Below the pieces are notes generated by a model. That model was not told the DNA's origin. It was given only the letters and a program-made list of their open reading frames with translations, and ran no database searches. A program made the position numbers and the translations under genes. Source: Trichormus sp. ATA11-4-KO1 (GTDB lineage: Bacteria; Cyanobacteriota; Cyanobacteriia; Cyanobacteriales; Nostocaceae). Taken from it: a stretch of 64,000 bases of DNA. Location of the stretch: the NCBI GenBank assembly GCA_019358915.1, contig JAHHIM010000010.1:64001-128000 (forward strand), read 5' to 3'. Positions 1 to 9,926 of the stretch are shown one piece after another (the stretch's first letter is position 1; each line of letters begins with the position of its first letter).

Positions 1-125
1 GTGTTGATTGTTCAAAGACCTGAAGGAACTGGCGTTTATACTCAGGAAGGAAGCACCTTTGCTCTGGTGGGCGTTTCACAAAGTTGGCGAAGGTATAGAA
101 TCAAAAGACTTATTTTTCTGAAGAG

Positions 126-428
126 ATGCCAGGAAAATTTTTTCAGAAACCAAATGAAGAAGAGAGCGATCGCGTCCCCCCAGGTCAACACTTGGCGAAG
201 GGCTTTCCTGTATTAACCTACGGCGCAACGCCTCAAGTTAGTACAGAAGAATGGGAGTTTAGGGTTTGGGGGTTGGCAAAACCTGCTGTCTTTACTTGGT
301 CAGATTTGATGGCACTACCTCAACATGAGTTTACAGCCGATTTTCACTGTGTCACGCGCTGGTCAAAACTTAATGTCAAGTGGACTGGCATTAAGGTGAC
401 AGATTTTAGGAGTCTAATTCAAGGGTAA
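126..428 (+). pseudogene. Truncated sulfite-oxidase-like (molybdopterin-binding) oxidoreductase, N-terminal half only
   Basis: RVPPGQ...FPVL...DFHCVTRWS motif of the Oxidored_molyb family; stops at 100 aa, about half the usual length, and the C-terminal half is not visible downstream. Confidence 0.75.
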
Positions 429-528
429 GTTATGGAAGCGAATAGCATACTGCACTGACGAGTGGTAGTGCTTTGAAGTTACTGGTAAGGTGTTTAGAGT
501 TGAAGCTACAGTATTCGTATCGATTGAT

Positions 529-1128
529 ATGGAAGAGTATTTGAAGGTTAGTGAAGTCATCGACTGGCAGCATCCCAAAATTATGGAACGCGCCAAACAA
601 ATCTCACTGGGATGTGCGACCCCAATAGCGATCGCAAAAGCGTGTTTTGAGTGGGTGCGAGACGAAATATGTCACAGTTTTGACTATCAAATGAATCCTT
701 TGACTTGCCGAGCTTCAGATGTGCTTCAACACAAAACAGGTTATTGCTACGCTAAGAGTCATTTGCTGGCAGCACTGTTACGAGCAAAGCAGATTCCCAC
801 AGGATTTTGTTATCAGAGGTTGAGTATTGATGATAAAGGTGCGCCGTACAGTTTGCACGGTTTCAATGCAATCCATTTGCCTGAAGTTGGTTGGTATAGG
901 GTTGATGCAAGAGGCAACAAAGAAGGAGTCAACGCTCAGTTCACTCCACCTCAAGAGCAGTTAGCGTATAAAATTCAGTTTCCTGAAGAGGCAGATTTTC
1001 CAGCGATCTTTGCCGAACCGCTCCCAATTATCGTAGAAGCGTTGCAAGCACAGAGTACATGGGATGAGATGCTTCGCAACCTTCCAGACATTTCGTTGGA
1101 TTCAGCAAAAAGTTATGGGTTGGTGTGA
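529..1128 (+). CDS. Transglutaminase-like family protein
   Basis: GYCYAKSHLLAALLRA catalytic Cys motif, plus LHG and WYRVD (His, Asp); ATG at 529 preferred over GTG at 490. Confidence 0.85.
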   Translation: MEEYLKVSEVIDWQHPKIMERAKQISLGCATPIAIAKACFEWVRDEICHSFDYQMNPLTCRASDVLQHKTGYCYAKSHLLAALLRAKQIPTGFCYQRLSIDDKGAPYSLHGFNAIHLPEVGWYRVDARGNKEGVNAQFTPPQEQLAYKIQFPEEADFPAIFAEPLPIIVEALQAQSTWDEMLRNLPDISLDSAKSYGLV

Positions 1129-1612
1129 TAGATATTGAGTGCGTGCAAGGCAGCATTGGAAAACACAATATCGTAGGAGCGATCACCTACGGTGGGGCGT
1201 AGCCCATCGCGTTACACGTTAGAGCCATTACGTGTAATTAGTGACTATATATTATTGATGTAACGTTGAGCTTTTTTGGCATTGAGCCTATATGTAGCGA
1301 CCTGAAAAATACAGAGAATATGATTGGCAAGGACGCTCAATAAAATATCATCGCGCCCAGATTAGAAAGTTTTTTGGATTCATAGAAATCAAAGTTAAGG
1401 ATTTAAATGTTCGCGTAGTGGCTCCCGATTGGCGCATCGTGGTGAGTTATTTAAATAAATTAAGCAATCCGATCGCCTTTGTCAGTCGTCATCAGAATAG
1501 ATCGCATTTTTCAGAGGAAAGAGTTACTTGTTTTAGTCTTGGAGAGAGGTGATGGCAAGAAGTCTATCTCTAACTTGCTCCGGTATCTGTTCAAACCTGT
1601 TTTTGACACAGC

Positions 1613-2218
1613 ATGGAGCCTAAACTTCCCGAATCGAATTCCTCAGAGCTTTCATCTGCTACGGATGAAGCTTTGTTTGTGGCACTCAAAAATGGCAACT
1701 CCTCGGCACTAAGCATTTTGTTCAATCGTCATGGTCGTCTGGTTTATGGATTAGCTCTGAAAATTTTGGCTAACTCGCAAGAAGCCGAAGATTTAACTCA
1801 GGAAATTTTTCTCACCCTGTGGCGAAAAGCATCTAGCAATCCAGATTGTCGCTTTTTTGTGCGCTATCTGGTAACGATAACGCGATCGCGGGCGATTGAT
1901 AAACTACGCGAGCGCAGCAGACAACTCAAACTTGTGGAACGGTGGGGACAAACAATGACAAGCGAAGCAACACCTTCTCCAACTCCTGTTGATCAAGCAA
2001 CTTTTGCCGAGCGAGCAGGGCGAATTTACAATGCTCTGGCACAACTCCCAGAAAAGCAACGCCATGTCATCGAATTGGCTTATAACCAAGGATTAAGTCA
2101 GTCAGAAATTGCTAAACAGCTTGATATTCCTCTCGGCACAGTTAAAACCTGTACTCGCCAGGGATTACTAAAACTCAAGCGCATCTTACTAGATTCTGAT
2201 TTATTAATGTATGAATAA
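1613..2218 (+). CDS. ECF sigma-70 family RNA polymerase sigma factor (SigK-like)
   Basis: Region 2 (AEDLTQEIFLTLWR) and region 4 (GLSQSEIAKQLDIPLGTVKT) motifs; overlaps the downstream anti-sigma gene. Confidence 0.93.
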   Translation: MEPKLPESNSSELSSATDEALFVALKNGNSSALSILFNRHGRLVYGLALKILANSQEAEDLTQEIFLTLWRKASSNPDCRFFVRYLVTITRSRAIDKLRERSRQLKLVERWGQTMTSEATPSPTPVDQATFAERAGRIYNALAQLPEKQRHVIELAYNQGLSQSEIAKQLDIPLGTVKTCTRQGLLKLKRILLDSDLLMYE

Positions 2219-3017
2219 ATCTTTTGATCCCGAACACATCAAAAACTTGGCTGCGGGGTTTGTCGTTGATGATCTTACCCCTGAAGAAGCTGAAGAGTTT
2301 CGGCTATTACTTGATGAGCATCCAGAACTTGTAGTTGAAATAGAAGATTTACAGGAAGTTTTGCGACAAGTTTTAGATGGTTTCACCGAAGTAGAAGCTC
2401 CAGCGCATTTACTACCAAAAATTCTAGAACAAGCTGAAGCTTCGACCAGACAAGCTACTGAGGTCAACCGATATTCTACAGGAGTCACTAAGCGATCGCC
2501 TCGACAGTGGACAAGAATCGCTGGTAGTATCGCCGCGTTGTTTGTGGTAATTCTAGGGGTCGATAACTATCGGCTACGTCAAAATCTGGGTATTGTCACA
2601 GCAGACAACCAGCGTTTACGCCAGGATTTTGCCCAAGCTCAAGTGGTGAAGACCATGCTCCAAGATTACGAAACGCGACTGTTTACTTTTCAAGGAGTCA
2701 ACTCAGCAGATGTTGCCTCAGGAAGTATGATTATCAATCCGGAGCAACAAAAAGCGGTGATGGTTTTCCAAAATCTTCCCGCCCCACCTCCTGGTCATGT
2801 TTACTTATTATGGACAGTTGTTGCTAGCGAGAAGTTACCCTGCGGTGAAGTCAAGCCTTATTCATGGGGAAATGCTGCCTATGAATTACCGTTTACTCCT
2901 CAAATGTACAGAGAATTTTATCATCCACAATTTTCTGGGCTAGTTGTCACTTTGGAGACAGACCCAAATGTTTCTCGTCCTACCGGAACTGTGGTCATGC
3001 AAAGTTCACAAATTTAA
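2211..3017 (+). CDS. Anti-sigma factor (RskA-like, membrane anchored)
   Basis: N-terminal anti-sigma helix (DDLTPEEAEEF), one TM segment, C-terminal NLPAPPPGHVYLLW motif; 8-bp overlap with the sigma gene. Confidence 0.88.
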   Translation: MNKSFDPEHIKNLAAGFVVDDLTPEEAEEFRLLLDEHPELVVEIEDLQEVLRQVLDGFTEVEAPAHLLPKILEQAEASTRQATEVNRYSTGVTKRSPRQWTRIAGSIAALFVVILGVDNYRLRQNLGIVTADNQRLRQDFAQAQVVKTMLQDYETRLFTFQGVNSADVASGSMIINPEQQKAVMVFQNLPAPPPGHVYLLWTVVASEKLPCGEVKPYSWGNAAYELPFTPQMYREFYHPQFSGLVVTLETDPNVSRPTGTVVMQSSQI

Positions 3018-3071
3018 TCATCTAGGACTTACGCAAAAACTTTCTCAACGAGTTGAGAAACGGAATAATAA

Positions 3072-3198
3072 GTAAGTAGACATACTTCAATATAAGATAA
3101 ATTTTTGTTTGTAGTGAGCGATTTAGCGCTTGCTTACAAGGTTTTAAAGAGCTAGATCCCTGACTACGAACTTTTATTTTATTAAGTCTTACTACTTA
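3072..3198. repeat. Degenerate MITE-like element with an inner GTAGT...ACTAC palindromic repeat
   Basis: Ends TAAGTAG...CTACTTA; the inner part resembles the palindromic repeat at about 28790-28848. Confidence 0.45.
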
Positions 3199-3624
3199 AT
3201 AAAAACTTTGGCGATTAAGCTCGACTTTATCCATTTTTTTCGCAACGCGATTGCCCAAGCTGAAACCTATGTGGGACGGTAGTTTTATTCTTTGAACTTC
3301 ATCGATACTCTGTGACGTAGAAAAAGTATTTGCCAAAAAGACAGGATTTTTGCCAGATAAAGAAATCGAGTTCTTAATTTTGGATAAAGTCGAGTTAAGA
3401 GGATGTTTAAAAAGTCCGAGAGGGTATAATTTTGTCATTCTGAGCGAAGCGTAAAGCCCTGACGAGCATAGCTGCGTTTACCGCGTCAGCGTTCCGCATT
3501 AGTGGTTGAAATTTCTGAGAAAAATTACTTGTGTGCTCTATTTATTGTTAACAGTTCTCTCTGCCAAACGGTTAATTGAGCATCACAAGTAGGTCATATT
3601 ATTTTTGGAACAAAAACATTAATA

Positions 3625-4035
3625 CTAGCTTTTATCAACTGTGTAGAGTGTATCTAAATCTCTGAGATAGTAAAGAGTAAAGCAAGCAGCCAACATCGGC
3701 CAGGCGGCGAAAAACAGCAAATTCTCAAAAGGATCAAAGTATTGCCGAAAGGACGCGAAGGTAGAAACAGAATGGAAAAACAGCACTAGTAAATAAGTCC
3801 ACCGCTTTTGGAAACCTGCTACAAATCCCAAAATGATCACTAGCTGAATCGCCCCAATGATGTAAATCGGTAAATTGCTCAGTCCACCAATAAAATAAAA
3901 ATTCTTGAAAACTGCTGCTGCATGGTCAGGTTTCACAAATTTGTCTAAAGTCCACATCAACATCACAAGAAACACGCTCAGTCGCAGCAAGAGCAAAGCA
4001 ACAGCAATTCGGCGATCGCTACTCATAAGACTCAT
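3625..4035 (-). CDS. DoxX-like membrane protein
   Basis: Four hydrophobic segments; LLLRL...LDKF pattern typical of the DoxX family. Confidence 0.7.
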   Translation of the reverse strand: MSLMSSDRRIAVALLLLRLSVFLVMLMWTLDKFVKPDHAAAVFKNFYFIGGLSNLPIYIIGAIQLVIILGFVAGFQKRWTYLLVLFFHSVSTFASFRQYFDPFENLLFFAAWPMLAACFTLYYLRDLDTLYTVDKS

Positions 4036-4367
4036 ATTACTTCTTCTTATACTTCTTGAGTTAAGTAAAACTTGTTTGGTGTCAGTTTTGTATCATCACA
4101 TGAATTCTAGTCTTTTTTAGGGAAATATTATTATAAGATTTCATTATTGGTCTTTTTTAACCTTATATCTTTTTAATCAAGACACAGTGCCGACAGCACG
4201 AAAAGTATCTGTCGTAACTGGTTTTATGATTTGTAATCAATCACAGTTCGGCACTTGTTAAAGGTCAAAGATCAAAGGAATCGCGATCGCTGGATTGCTT
4301 CTGGTGTCACCTTTGATGGTCAATTAGTGAGTCGTTATAGAAGACGCTGATATGTCTGAAAGCGTCA

Positions 4368-4973
4368 TCAAAAGTTTTTTGCAGTACAGGTAACTGGATC
4401 GAATTCAAATCGCTGTTCGTAGTTTGTTTCGCCATACAAATTGAAGCTAATTGTTGGTTCATCACCGAGTGCTTCAACACTATGAATTGCATCTGGCATC
4501 AAGCTAATAATTTCTCCTGGAGATAAAATAATCTCCCCGATTTTTTCAATACCGCCGTTATTATCAGTCCGTCTCCACAGCGTATTTTTTTCTGCTCCAT
4601 TAATCAGTGCGACAACTCCCCAGGTAGCATGATTATGAATTGGTGATACTCTTCCTGGTAACCAAGCGACTGTCTGCACCGTCAAGGGAAAATTCGGCTC
4701 ATCATAGAGAGTGAGTACTGACCAGCCTGTTTCTGGATCTGGTTCGAGATATTCACCTTGCAACCAATCCGAACTGGTCAATAAGCGACGTACTAGGGGA
4801 CAAATCGCTTGCAGTCGGTGGCGATCGCTCTTGAATTTATCGAGAATATCTTCGATATCTGTTAAAAATCGATAGAGGCGATATTGAACTGCCGATAATT
4901 CTAAATTATCTGCCGATTCTTCCCAGGCTTCGCACTTGCCATCATCTGTCACTAACCAATCTTGACTTACCAT
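4368..4973 (-). CDS. Cupin / cysteine-dioxygenase-like protein
   Basis: SPIHNHATWG and IHSV metal-binding cupin motifs. Confidence 0.82.
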   Translation of the reverse strand: MVSQDWLVTDDGKCEAWEESADNLELSAVQYRLYRFLTDIEDILDKFKSDRHRLQAICPLVRRLLTSSDWLQGEYLEPDPETGWSVLTLYDEPNFPLTVQTVAWLPGRVSPIHNHATWGVVALINGAEKNTLWRRTDNNGGIEKIGEIILSPGEIISLMPDAIHSVEALGDEPTISFNLYGETNYEQRFEFDPVTCTAKNF

Positions 4974-5037
4974 ATCTTTTAAAAACTCAAGAACCGTTGT
5001 ATCTGAACAGCCACAGGACTAAAGCTCTATTACGAAT

Positions 5038-5240
5038 GGCGTTGCTGATTAATGGGATGAATTTTATTTCGCGCAAAGGCAAGCCAGTGCTTTGGTGAGG
5101 CAGTCCGGTCTTGGGGGTTTCCCCCAGGAGGAACTGCCGAAAGGGTTTCCCGACTTGTAGCAACTGGCGCGCAAAGTCGCAAAGAATCTAGGTTTATCCT
5201 TGGCAAATTATCTCAATTCATCCCGCATTTATGCAACGCC
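5038..5240. mobile_element. MITE with GGCGTTGC terminal inverted repeats and an 8-bp target-site duplication
   Basis: GGCGTTGCTGATTAATGGGATGAAT ... ATTCATCCCGCATTTATGCAACGCC, flanked by TTACGAAT at 5030-5037 and 5241-5248. Confidence 0.88.
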
Positions 5241-5263
5241 TTACGAATTAAGCATTATTTTGG

Positions 5264-5482
5264 TTACTTGGCTTCAAATTCTGCATCAATTTGCTGGTAA
5301 TATTCCTCATCTGTGCCCAGTTCACGACGTTCTACAAATTCCATATTGGGAGTAGACAGCAGTTCGTCATCTGTCTCAAGTTCTGCATGAAGTTGTTGAT
5401 TATGGTCTTCCATTTCAGCTTCTATGTAAGCTGGGATTTCCTCGACATTTGGTTTACTTTTATACATAGCAGCAAATTTCAT
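5264..5482 (-). CDS. Small acidic hypothetical protein
   Basis: ATG start, 72 aa, plausible protein composition; no recognisable motif. Confidence 0.5.
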   Translation of the reverse strand: MKFAAMYKSKPNVEEIPAYIEAEMEDHNQQLHAELETDDELLSTPNMEFVERRELGTDEEYYQQIDAEFEAK

Positions 5483-5700
5483 TTAATGGTGTTCAAGAGG
5501 CTCGATTTCCCAAGTAACTATATTTTGCTTTCACCAAAAGCGGTTGCGGAAGTTCATCTTAACCTCTAAGACAGAGTAATGGTCAACTTGCGGAACTGAT
5601 TTCCAGATAAAAAATATCCCACAATTATTTTTCAAGATGGAATAATTTAACTTGGTAGGTGCGTTACACTGTGTTAACGCACCAAAATCTCTTGCTGTAA

Positions 5701-7350
5701 CTAGATTTTGTCAAAAAGAGATTGTGTTAAATTTGCCACTAATTTAACATTAAACTCAGCCTCAAATACTCCTTTTTTGTAATCTAAACTCCAAAGTTCT
5801 AAGGCACAGTCATCATCAGGGCGAGAGGGAAAAATCAACATTTTAAATTCCTGATATTCAGGAAGATAATCACACTGCACTCGGGCGATCGCGCCAATTT
5901 GTCGTCTATCTAAAGCTACTGCCAATCGCAAAATAGCACTCAATTGATTGACTATTTGTCGGTGGTTTTTACTAAGCAGATTCCGGTAATTTTCGTGCTT
6001 CTTCTTGGGTTGTGATTTGCGATGATAACGCGCTAAGTTGGCAATGATTTCGATCTCGGTTTCGGTATAGCCGAGTAATTCACCATTGCGAACTAAATAA
6101 TATGAGTGCTTGTGGTGAGCCGAATGGCTGACATAATGACCACAATTATGTAATATTGCAGCTGCCCACAGTAGTTGCCGCTCGTCTGCACCCCAGTTGT
6201 GAAGGAGGCCTTGAGTTTGGTCAAATAAACTCAGGGCAAATAAGGCCACGCGATCGCTATGTTCGAGATTAATGTGGTACTTGTGAGCCTGTTTAAGTAC
6301 ACTTCGTTGGCGGACTGAACCTTGATAGCGTAGTCTATCTTCAATTAAACCGTGGGCTAGCATCCAGTCTACAATCACGCCTTCCCGGAGGGCACGTCCG
6401 CACACTGTGACTGATTCCACACCTAACAAAGTCATGGCTTCCTGTAAGATGACAGCGCCAGCCAATATCACTTCCGACCGCTTATCTGGCATACCGGGTA
6501 TGTGAGATATTTCTGAGTTCGTCATTTTCCGCAAGCGATTTACCCACTCTCGCAAGTCTTTGAGGCTGAACTGGTAACCATTGAGGGTGGAAGGAACAGT
6601 ATCTGAATTTTCCCGTGCATTGATCATTGCCAGGGTTTCAATTGTGCCAGAGGTGCCGATCAAACGAGGAGATTCACCAAACTGGATGTTTGCTAACACC
6701 TCTTCCACGGAACGTTCTAACATACCGCGTGTATAGGCTTGCAGGTATTGAAACTCGGCTTCACTGATGGGGTCAGTGGTGATTAATTCGCTGGTGAGTC
6801 GGACTGCACCAACTTTGGTACTGGTGAGACTACGCGCTTCTTGACTGTCCCCCAAAATTAATTCTGTGGAACCGCCGCCAATATCGACAATAATGTGAGG
6901 TTGGTTGTGAAATTCTATCCCCGACAGCACGCCTAGGTAGATGCGTCGCGCTTCTTCTTGACCGGAAATCAAGTCAACGCTTAAACCCAACTCATCTTCT
7001 ACCCTGTGTAAAAAATCTCTACCATTGGGGGCTTCTCGCACCGCACTAGTCGCTACAGCCACAATTGTTTCCGCATTGGCAGTTTTCGCAACTTCTTGGA
7101 AGCGTCTGAGGGCAACCATCGCTTTGTTAATTGTCTCTGGTTTTAGTTCTCCGGTGACGATATTGCGATCGCCTAATCTCACAGTTTCTTTTTCTTTGGC
7201 AATAATGCTAAACGATGGTAGCGTCGGGTCAATTTTTACTACTACCATATGCAGAGAATTTGTTCCCAAGTCAATGGCAGCAATAATCCGGTGTTGCTTA
7301 ACTGGTTGAGTACTAACACTCTCCCAGCTAGCTGAAACTAAATTCAGCAT
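5701..7350 (-). CDS. ppx: Exopolyphosphatase (Ppx/GppA family)
   Basis: AAIDLGTNS, ATSAVREAPN and DIGGGSTE motifs plus C-terminal HD-like domain. Confidence 0.95.
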   Translation of the reverse strand: MLNLVSASWESVSTQPVKQHRIIAAIDLGTNSLHMVVVKIDPTLPSFSIIAKEKETVRLGDRNIVTGELKPETINKAMVALRRFQEVAKTANAETIVAVATSAVREAPNGRDFLHRVEDELGLSVDLISGQEEARRIYLGVLSGIEFHNQPHIIVDIGGGSTELILGDSQEARSLTSTKVGAVRLTSELITTDPISEAEFQYLQAYTRGMLERSVEEVLANIQFGESPRLIGTSGTIETLAMINARENSDTVPSTLNGYQFSLKDLREWVNRLRKMTNSEISHIPGMPDKRSEVILAGAVILQEAMTLLGVESVTVCGRALREGVIVDWMLAHGLIEDRLRYQGSVRQRSVLKQAHKYHINLEHSDRVALFALSLFDQTQGLLHNWGADERQLLWAAAILHNCGHYVSHSAHHKHSYYLVRNGELLGYTETEIEIIANLARYHRKSQPKKKHENYRNLLSKNHRQIVNQLSAILRLAVALDRRQIGAIARVQCDYLPEYQEFKMLIFPSRPDDDCALELWSLDYKKGVFEAEFNVKLVANLTQSLFDKI

Positions 7351-7467
7351 CTAGTTTTCTCTCAGTGAAGGAAGGACGGTAAAAGTTGGAGTGTCGGGAT
7401 GCTTGGCACTGGTAGATGTGCAAAAAATTTATTCTCGGTCTGACTTTGTGCAAAGGCGATCTAAAAA

Positions 7468-7529
7468 AGTGCTGAGTGCTGAGTGCTGAGTGCGCTCGCC
7501 CTGAGCGAAGTCGAAGGGGAGTGCTGAGT
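7468..7529. repeat. GTGCTGA heptamer STRR carrying an inserted small dispersed repeat
   Basis: (GTGCTGA)n interrupted by CGCTCGCCCTGAGCGAAGTCGAAGGG; a near-identical unit lies in tandem at 14925-15000. Confidence 0.8.
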
Positions 7530-7713
7530 AACAAATACTAGTCTCCAGTCTCTAGCCTCTTGTTAATTTGTTCAGGTGTACGCAGTTCCAGACGACTATT
7601 GAGGTACGTCTCAAGTGGCCACTGAGGCTGTAGTTTTACAAATATCAAATAATGTTATTCTATAGATGTAAAGATGTGTGAATTCATCTATCTAAAGTTA
7701 TTACTTGATTTCT

Positions 7714-8595
7714 ATGTTGAGTACGCCAGAACGCAACCAGGAACCTGTGTGGCTTGTCATTATCCGGCTTTTGCGGTGGCATAAACCAGAAGGACGATTA
7801 ATTTTAATGATTCCTGCCCTGTGGGCTGTATTTTTGGCAGCCTCTGGAAAACCGCCTTTGCCTTTGGTTGTTGTGATCGTCTTGGGTACTCTGGCTACAA
7901 GTGCAGTCGGTTGTGTAGTTAACGATTTGTGGGATCGGGATATTGATCCAGAAGTGGAGAGAACACGCGATCGCCCCTTTGCTTCCCGTGCCCTTTCAAT
8001 CAAAGTCGGAATTGTGGTGGCGATCGTGGCGCTGGCATGTGCAGCAGCTCTCGCGTTTTATCTTAACCCGCTTAGTTTCTGGTTATCTGTGGCTGCTGTG
8101 CCTATAATTATACTTTATCCAGGTGCAAAGCGGGTGTTTCCTGTGCCCCAACTAGTACTTTCCGTTGCTTGGGGTTTTGCCGTGTTGATTAGCTGGAGTG
8201 CGGTAACCCAAAACCTCTCCCCACCAACTTGGCTACTATGGGGGGCGACGGTACTATGGACATTGGGATTTGATACTGTTTATGCCATGAGCGATCGCGA
8301 AGATGATTGGCGTATTGGCATTAATTCCAGTGCCTTATTTTTTGGTAATTACGCCCCTATCGCCATTGAAATTTTCTTTGTCGGCACAATTTTTTTACTG
8401 GCTTGGTTAGGTGTTTTAATCCACCTTAATTTGGCCTTTTGGATCAGCCTAGCAATTGCTACTATTGGCTGGATTTGGCAGTGTTTCCGATTAAGTAATC
8501 AAGACTTACCCAACCCCGTGTATGGTAGGATCTTCCGACAAAATGTGTGGATTGGTTTTATCTTACTGGCGGGGATGATTGCTGGATCTTTGTAA
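7714..8595 (+). CDS. plqA: 4-hydroxybenzoate solanesyltransferase (UbiA family, plastoquinone synthesis)
   Basis: NDLWDRDIDPEVERTRDRP and DTVYAMSDREDD aspartate-rich UbiA motifs; multiple TM helices. Confidence 0.9.
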   Translation: MLSTPERNQEPVWLVIIRLLRWHKPEGRLILMIPALWAVFLAASGKPPLPLVVVIVLGTLATSAVGCVVNDLWDRDIDPEVERTRDRPFASRALSIKVGIVVAIVALACAAALAFYLNPLSFWLSVAAVPIIILYPGAKRVFPVPQLVLSVAWGFAVLISWSAVTQNLSPPTWLLWGATVLWTLGFDTVYAMSDREDDWRIGINSSALFFGNYAPIAIEIFFVGTIFLLAWLGVLIHLNLAFWISLAIATIGWIWQCFRLSNQDLPNPVYGRIFRQNVWIGFILLAGMIAGSL

Positions 8596-8797
8596 TGGGA
8601 TATCTCAGTTTTTTGACACTCTCTGGTCTAAAGACGACGTATAGCCCCTACTTTCTTCACAATAGATTTACAATTAACCCGTATTTTCCCTGAATAGACA
8701 AAGTTTTTATCAATTTCTCTGGCATCATATCCGCAATCCTACGAATTTAGTTTAGTAGTTGGGTATATAACTATGAAATTTAGCTGTATCCAACTCG

Positions 8798-9376
8798 ATG
8801 AAGCGATCGCATCTTGTCAAAATAGCCATGATAGTTTTATTGTCTCTTGGCAGTCTTGGCGTTGTCGGGGGAAGTTTTTTTCTGAGAAAGGCTTTTAGCA
8901 GTAGTAGTCAGCCGGAAATGATTACTGATACAACTAAATACGCAGAAATACGCAAGTATTTATGGACTAATAATGACCAGATTAAACACTTTCCTCATGA
9001 GTTACCATCTGGTACAAAAAACGTTCGTATTGCTTATTTTCCAGGAATTTCACAGGGTAACAGTTATTTTCAAGTCAGGTTGAAACAGTCACCGGAAAAG
9101 ATAGAAAAATTACTTTCACAATACAGAAATATTGCTAAATATCAATACATAGGTGGTAGCACAAACGACCATGCTAACCAACCTAACGGTGTACCAACAA
9201 CGTTCTTCTACACCAGTGATTTCCCTGAGGAATCATTTCCAGCTAGCTACGAAATATTGGTATTAGATGCACAAGATAAAGGTACACCAGGCTTCAAGTG
9301 GAATCATGGTAATAGCTATGGTGTAGCTATTGATAGTTCAGCCTCAGAAATTATCTATTGGGCTGAAAAATGGTAA
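8798..9376 (+). CDS. Hypothetical exported or membrane-anchored protein
   Basis: 192-aa ORF with an N-terminal hydrophobic segment. Confidence 0.7.
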   Translation: MKRSHLVKIAMIVLLSLGSLGVVGGSFFLRKAFSSSSQPEMITDTTKYAEIRKYLWTNNDQIKHFPHELPSGTKNVRIAYFPGISQGNSYFQVRLKQSPEKIEKLLSQYRNIAKYQYIGGSTNDHANQPNGVPTTFFYTSDFPEESFPASYEILVLDAQDKGTPGFKWNHGNSYGVAIDSSASEIIYWAEKW

Positions 9377-9389
9377 GAAACAATTCAAA

Positions 9390-9896
9390 ATGAGGAAAAT
9401 TATTATTGGAGTGATGGGGCCGGGAGAACAGGCTACAGCCAATGATTTACAAAATGCCTATGAATTAGGTAAACTTATCGCCCAACAAGGATGGATTTTG
9501 TTGACTGGTGGTAGGAATGTCGGGGTAATGGATGCAGCTAGTCGAGGAGCAAAATCTGCTGATGGTTTAACTATTGGCATGCTTCCCAACGCTCATGAAG
9601 ATGGTATTTCTGAGGCGGTGGATATTGCCATTTTTACAGACATGGGCAATGCTCGCAACAATATTAATGTTCTTACTAGTGATGTAGTAATTGCCTGCGG
9701 TATGGGTGCAGGTACGGCTTCTGAGATAGCCTTGGCTTTGAAAGCAAAAAAGCCAGTAATTTTGTTGAATGAAGATGAAGCCAGCAAAGTTTTCTTTGAG
9801 AAAATATCGCCAGAAAAAGTTTATATTGTTGCAAGTGTCGAGGAGGCGATCGCCAAAGCTATTACTATTGTTAAAGCTCTCACGACAAACCTTTAA
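9390..9896 (+). CDS. TIGR00725 / LOG-like Rossmann-fold protein
   Basis: IIIGVMG...LTGG...GVM and GAGTASEIALA motifs; ATG at 9390. Confidence 0.85.
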   Translation: MRKIIIGVMGPGEQATANDLQNAYELGKLIAQQGWILLTGGRNVGVMDAASRGAKSADGLTIGMLPNAHEDGISEAVDIAIFTDMGNARNNINVLTSDVVIACGMGAGTASEIALALKAKKPVILLNEDEASKVFFEKISPEKVYIVASVEEAIAKAITIVKALTTNL

Positions 9897-9926
9897 TTAT
9901 CTTAGATAGACTACTGATAGCTACTT

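Noticed and set aside
8613..8650. TTGACACTCTCTGGTCTAAAGAC, resembling an IS200/IS605-type end
   Set aside because: Too short and degenerate, with no tnpA/tnpB or partner end nearby
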